This document shows positions 60,801 through 64,000 of a stretch of DNA of 64,000 bases, piece after piece (the first letter of the stretch is position 1; each line of letters begins with the position of its first letter). Made by a program: the position numbers and the translations under genes. Under the pieces are notes generated by a model. That model did not search any database and was not told the DNA's origin. It was given only the letters and a program-made list of their open reading frames with translations. Location: the NCBI GenBank assembly GCA_043228905.1, contig JBHGNT010000004.1, positions 15,190,001-15,254,000 of the forward strand, given 5' to 3'. The DNA is from Azolla caroliniana. Its lineage: Eukaryota > Plantae > Polypodiophyta.

Positions 60801-63605
60801 TGTCGTGAAGAAAACCGTCCCCAGGCGCAAACCGTGTATGGTGTGTGTGAACCGGCCCTTACACGTGGGCACGCCCCTTGTTGTATAGTGGATAGGTAGG
60901 CACAAAGGTCAAATCCTAGGTAGCAATATTCTATAGGGGAAATCGAGGAGTATCTCTGTCCGAAAGGACAGAGAATTAATGTGATGTAAACGGGTGAAAC
61001 GACCTCCCTCCTTGAGCTATAAAAGAGAGGGAGACGGGGGAGAGAAGGTATCGTGCGCTAGAGGGGACGAAGTGCTGTCGGACTGGGACCGAGCTCTTCT
61101 TCTCTATCGTTCTCCATAGCTTTCTTTTGCACAGGTTCTCAGGAGGCTGATCCTGCTCCGTGGAACGCCCGTGTGCTTCCGGCAGAATCTCCATCTTGCT
61201 CTCCTGTGTGCGTGGGTGATTAGGCACCAGCATCCATCTCGCCAACCTAGTCGGCTATAACCGTTCGAGTCGTCTGCATACCTTTATATACATACGCCAG
61301 TGTTCTCAACTCGTGCCTCCGGTGTTGTTGGGCCGCGTCCCCGTGCGCTTCTTTGTCTATACGTGAGTGAGCGTCTCTCTCTCTCTCTCTCTCCCTCTTC
61401 TCACCTATTCCTCGGTCCAAGACCCCAGTGGTCCCGCCTTGTTCTCCACGCACGCGTGTAACAACGCGACATATTTGGTGAACCCGACGTGAAGAGGCGG
61501 CAGAGGAGTAGAAGATGAGGGGGTCAGACCTTGCAGAAGCCATGGCTTCGGCTGTGGACGGTATAGTGAGTGCGCGCGAAGGCACCGGCGCCCTTGATAG
61601 GGCTATCGAGGCGGTTGTCGGTACGATCAGCCGGTTTAGTGGGAAGGATGCCACGAGCTACTTGGCGTCCTACCGGGCTGAGATGGTAATGAGGGACATT
61701 CCAGAAGAGACGCGTCTAGCCGGATTCCCTCGAGTGGCTATGTCGGGTATCCATACGGAAGTGCTCGAGGTACGGGCCGAGAGCCGGACCTGGGAGGAGT
61801 TCGAAGGTCAGCTCCTCGAAAAATACGGGCTTGAAGATGCGCTTCGACTTTCGAAGCGGGACTTCATGGAGTGGGTGGAGACCCCTGACAAAGGAAGGAA
61901 CGCATCAGTGCTCCTCCGAGAGTTTGAGGAACGCTTCGCGCGCCTCTCGGTGCTTGATCGGACCGTTCTGGACACAAGCCGTGTCCTATTGTTTGTTAAG
62001 TCAGTTGATGAGCGGGATCGGGAGCATGTAGGCCTCCTATTGGAGACTGATGACGGGCTGACGGCCGACTAGGCCGTGGTGAAAAGGGTCTATGGCCGTT
62101 TCGACAAACGACAGGAATGGGTTGACAAAGGATCGACAGGGGCGGGCTCTGTCACAGCAAGGAAGCTCGAGCCAACGCCACCAACGCGACGGGAAGAGAC
62201 CCGAGATTGGCTCGAGACCGGATCGGCTTCGACCGGCATGATCAAGGGCTCGTCCGAGGGAGCAGCTCTGGAGGAACTGACGCGGATGGTAAAGGATCTC
62301 CAGATCGCCCAGGCACGGAGGGACGGTAGTGAACAGGGCCATGACCGACGACCTCTGGCTGGAAACAGGTGCATGTGGCGTGACACGGTTGGCCACATCC
62401 GGAAGGACTGCGGGGACTTCGCCGAGGCGATGAGAAGCAACGTGGTGTACCTGTGGAACGGTCGGGTGCACGCCAGCGAAACCCGAAGGCCCCTGGACCT
62501 GAACGTCGGGCGAGGGGGTATGAAAAGGCTGATGGAGGAGGCGGCGGCTCGTCACGCAGAGACCGTCCTCTACTCAGCGTCAGCTGGTATTCGGGTCAGA
62601 GGTGGCGAGGCCCCGAAGACGAGCAAAGCCGGGTTTTGGCCGATGATGCTAGAAGGCCTCGCCGGTGCATGACTAAGGAAAGAAGAGGCGGATCGCGCGG
62701 AAAAACGGGTCCGGGAGGTGACCTGGTGGAGTGACCCGGTGGAAGAAAAGACGGGCTTCGTCGAAGCCGCTTGTCAAAACTACGAGGCTCTGGTGGAGGA
62801 CAAGCGGGTAGGGAAAACCGGAGAGGCCGGGCCCTCACAACGATATGAAACTCGATTCGGGCAAAGACGAAATGAGGCCGGTGTAACCGGCGCCCAGGAT
62901 AATCCCAAGAGGGGCAGGTACCGGCTGGGCACAGAAATCGAAAGATCCACGGACCTGCGTAAGGTCCTGGAAGAACGAATCCTCGACAGCAAGGTGGAAC
63001 TGTCGCTGAGGGAAGTGCTCGGGATCGCCAAGAAGGAGTTCCACGACTCCATCGTAGACTTGGTGAAGAGGAAGAGGCTGTCGACGGAGACAGAACTGGA
63101 GAAGCCGGTGGAGGTGCGGACGACGCACATAGAGGACATGGCGCTGGAAGACGAGTTGGCAGAGAGCCACTATTCACGGCCGCACTGGGCCAGAGCGACC
63201 ACGGAGACCCCCGTGAAGATTGGAGATGTTCATGAACCAGTGGTGGCGTTGGTGGACCACATTTCAGAAATCAATTTGATGTCCATGGACTTCTATAAGA
63301 AAGGGAAATGGCCGATCAACACCAAGCACGGGTGGAAAATACGGGCAGCGACGCGTGTCACCGAAGAACTGCATGGAGCCTGCCCAAATGTACGAGTAAA
63401 GATCGGTGATGTCGAGATTGACCAGCACTTCTTCGTGCAGGAGACGTCCTCACATCCGGTTATACTAGGAGAACCGTACATCACGGCAGCACGGATGTAG
63501 ACCAAGGTGTTGGACAACGGCTCGGCCTATGCAAGGGTCAAGAGCCAGGATGGGTGTCACTCGGTTCAGTTCCTGACGGTGAGGCCGAACCATGAGCGGA
63601 ACCGC
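60801..63605 (+). mobile_element. Gypsy element E (tRNA-Trp primed): LTR 60801-61471, PBS 61476-61492, gag-protease
   Basis: TGTCG..CGACA LTR followed by TGGTGAACCCGACGTGA. Confidence 0.9.
61515..63605 (+). pseudogene. Element E gag-protease with premature stops
   Basis: ORFs 61515-62072, 62076-62672 and 62718-63500 lie in one frame. Motifs LREVLGIAKKEFHD and HWARATTE. Confidence 0.88.
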
Positions 63606-64000
63606 TGTCGTAGTGTATTTCGTACACTACGTGAAAAAGTAAAAATAATATAACCGATTTAATTACATATAAATAAATAAAATAAGAATATTAAGATATT
63701 TATCACCAATAAATAAAATAAGAATATCAAGATATTTATCACGTGCATAGGGCAAGATTTGAACCTTGTACCTCCACGTAGCCAAACTTCAACTTTACCA
63801 TTATGCTACCTTATCTTTAGTGTTCTATAAATAGATTTAATAACTATAAGTGCTTTATTTGCGCCTACCTTTATTAAAAGGTAAATCATGTATTTTTAGA
63901 GTGCGTGAATATTTTATAGAAAAACGCAAGCGACTAAAAAGTGACTCATGCACATCTAGCGTGCATGAGCACTATATTTAGCAAATAAAAGCAAGGATTA
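63606..64000 (+). mobile_element. Start of an LTR (family of 55475-56300) inserted in element E; runs off the window
   Basis: TGTCGTAGTGTA start, homology to the 55475 LTR, antisense tRNA-like cassette at 63750-63810. Confidence 0.8.

Overview
Eukaryotic, almost wholly transposon-derived DNA from a land plant, probably a fern or lycophyte judging by the TE families (inference). No intact host gene is visible. The core is a nested stack. An old non-chromoviral Ty3/Gypsy element (B, minus) has a sister element (A, 7662-36136, plus) inserted in its 3' LTR. A's pol is interrupted by a 17.6-kb DNA transposon (10867-28513) with 24-bp GGG-ended TIRs, a 4-bp TSD and an intact 3-exon Sola2-type DDD transposase. 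This transposon also carries a convergent, decayed multi-exon cargo gene (TPxK repeats, coiled coil, RING-H2, acidic repeats, URB2-like fragment) and GTAC-rich intronic tandem arrays. A very young, intact Tnt1/Tork-like Copia (17522-22872) sits inside the cargo gene. The flanks hold tRNA-Trp-primed Gypsy elements with TGTCG..CGACA LTRs, solo LTRs, a TRIM-like element and Copia fragments. The most unusual signals are: (i) the cargo-carrying Sola2-like element; (ii) a tRNA-Arg 3'-end-like sequence ending in CCA where the polypurine tract should be, in three related LTR elements; (iii) tRNA-like Pol III A/B-box cassettes at conserved positions in several LTR families; (iv) CpG-centred target sites for the TGTCG-LTR clade. 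Family assignments rest on recalled motifs; no database search was run.
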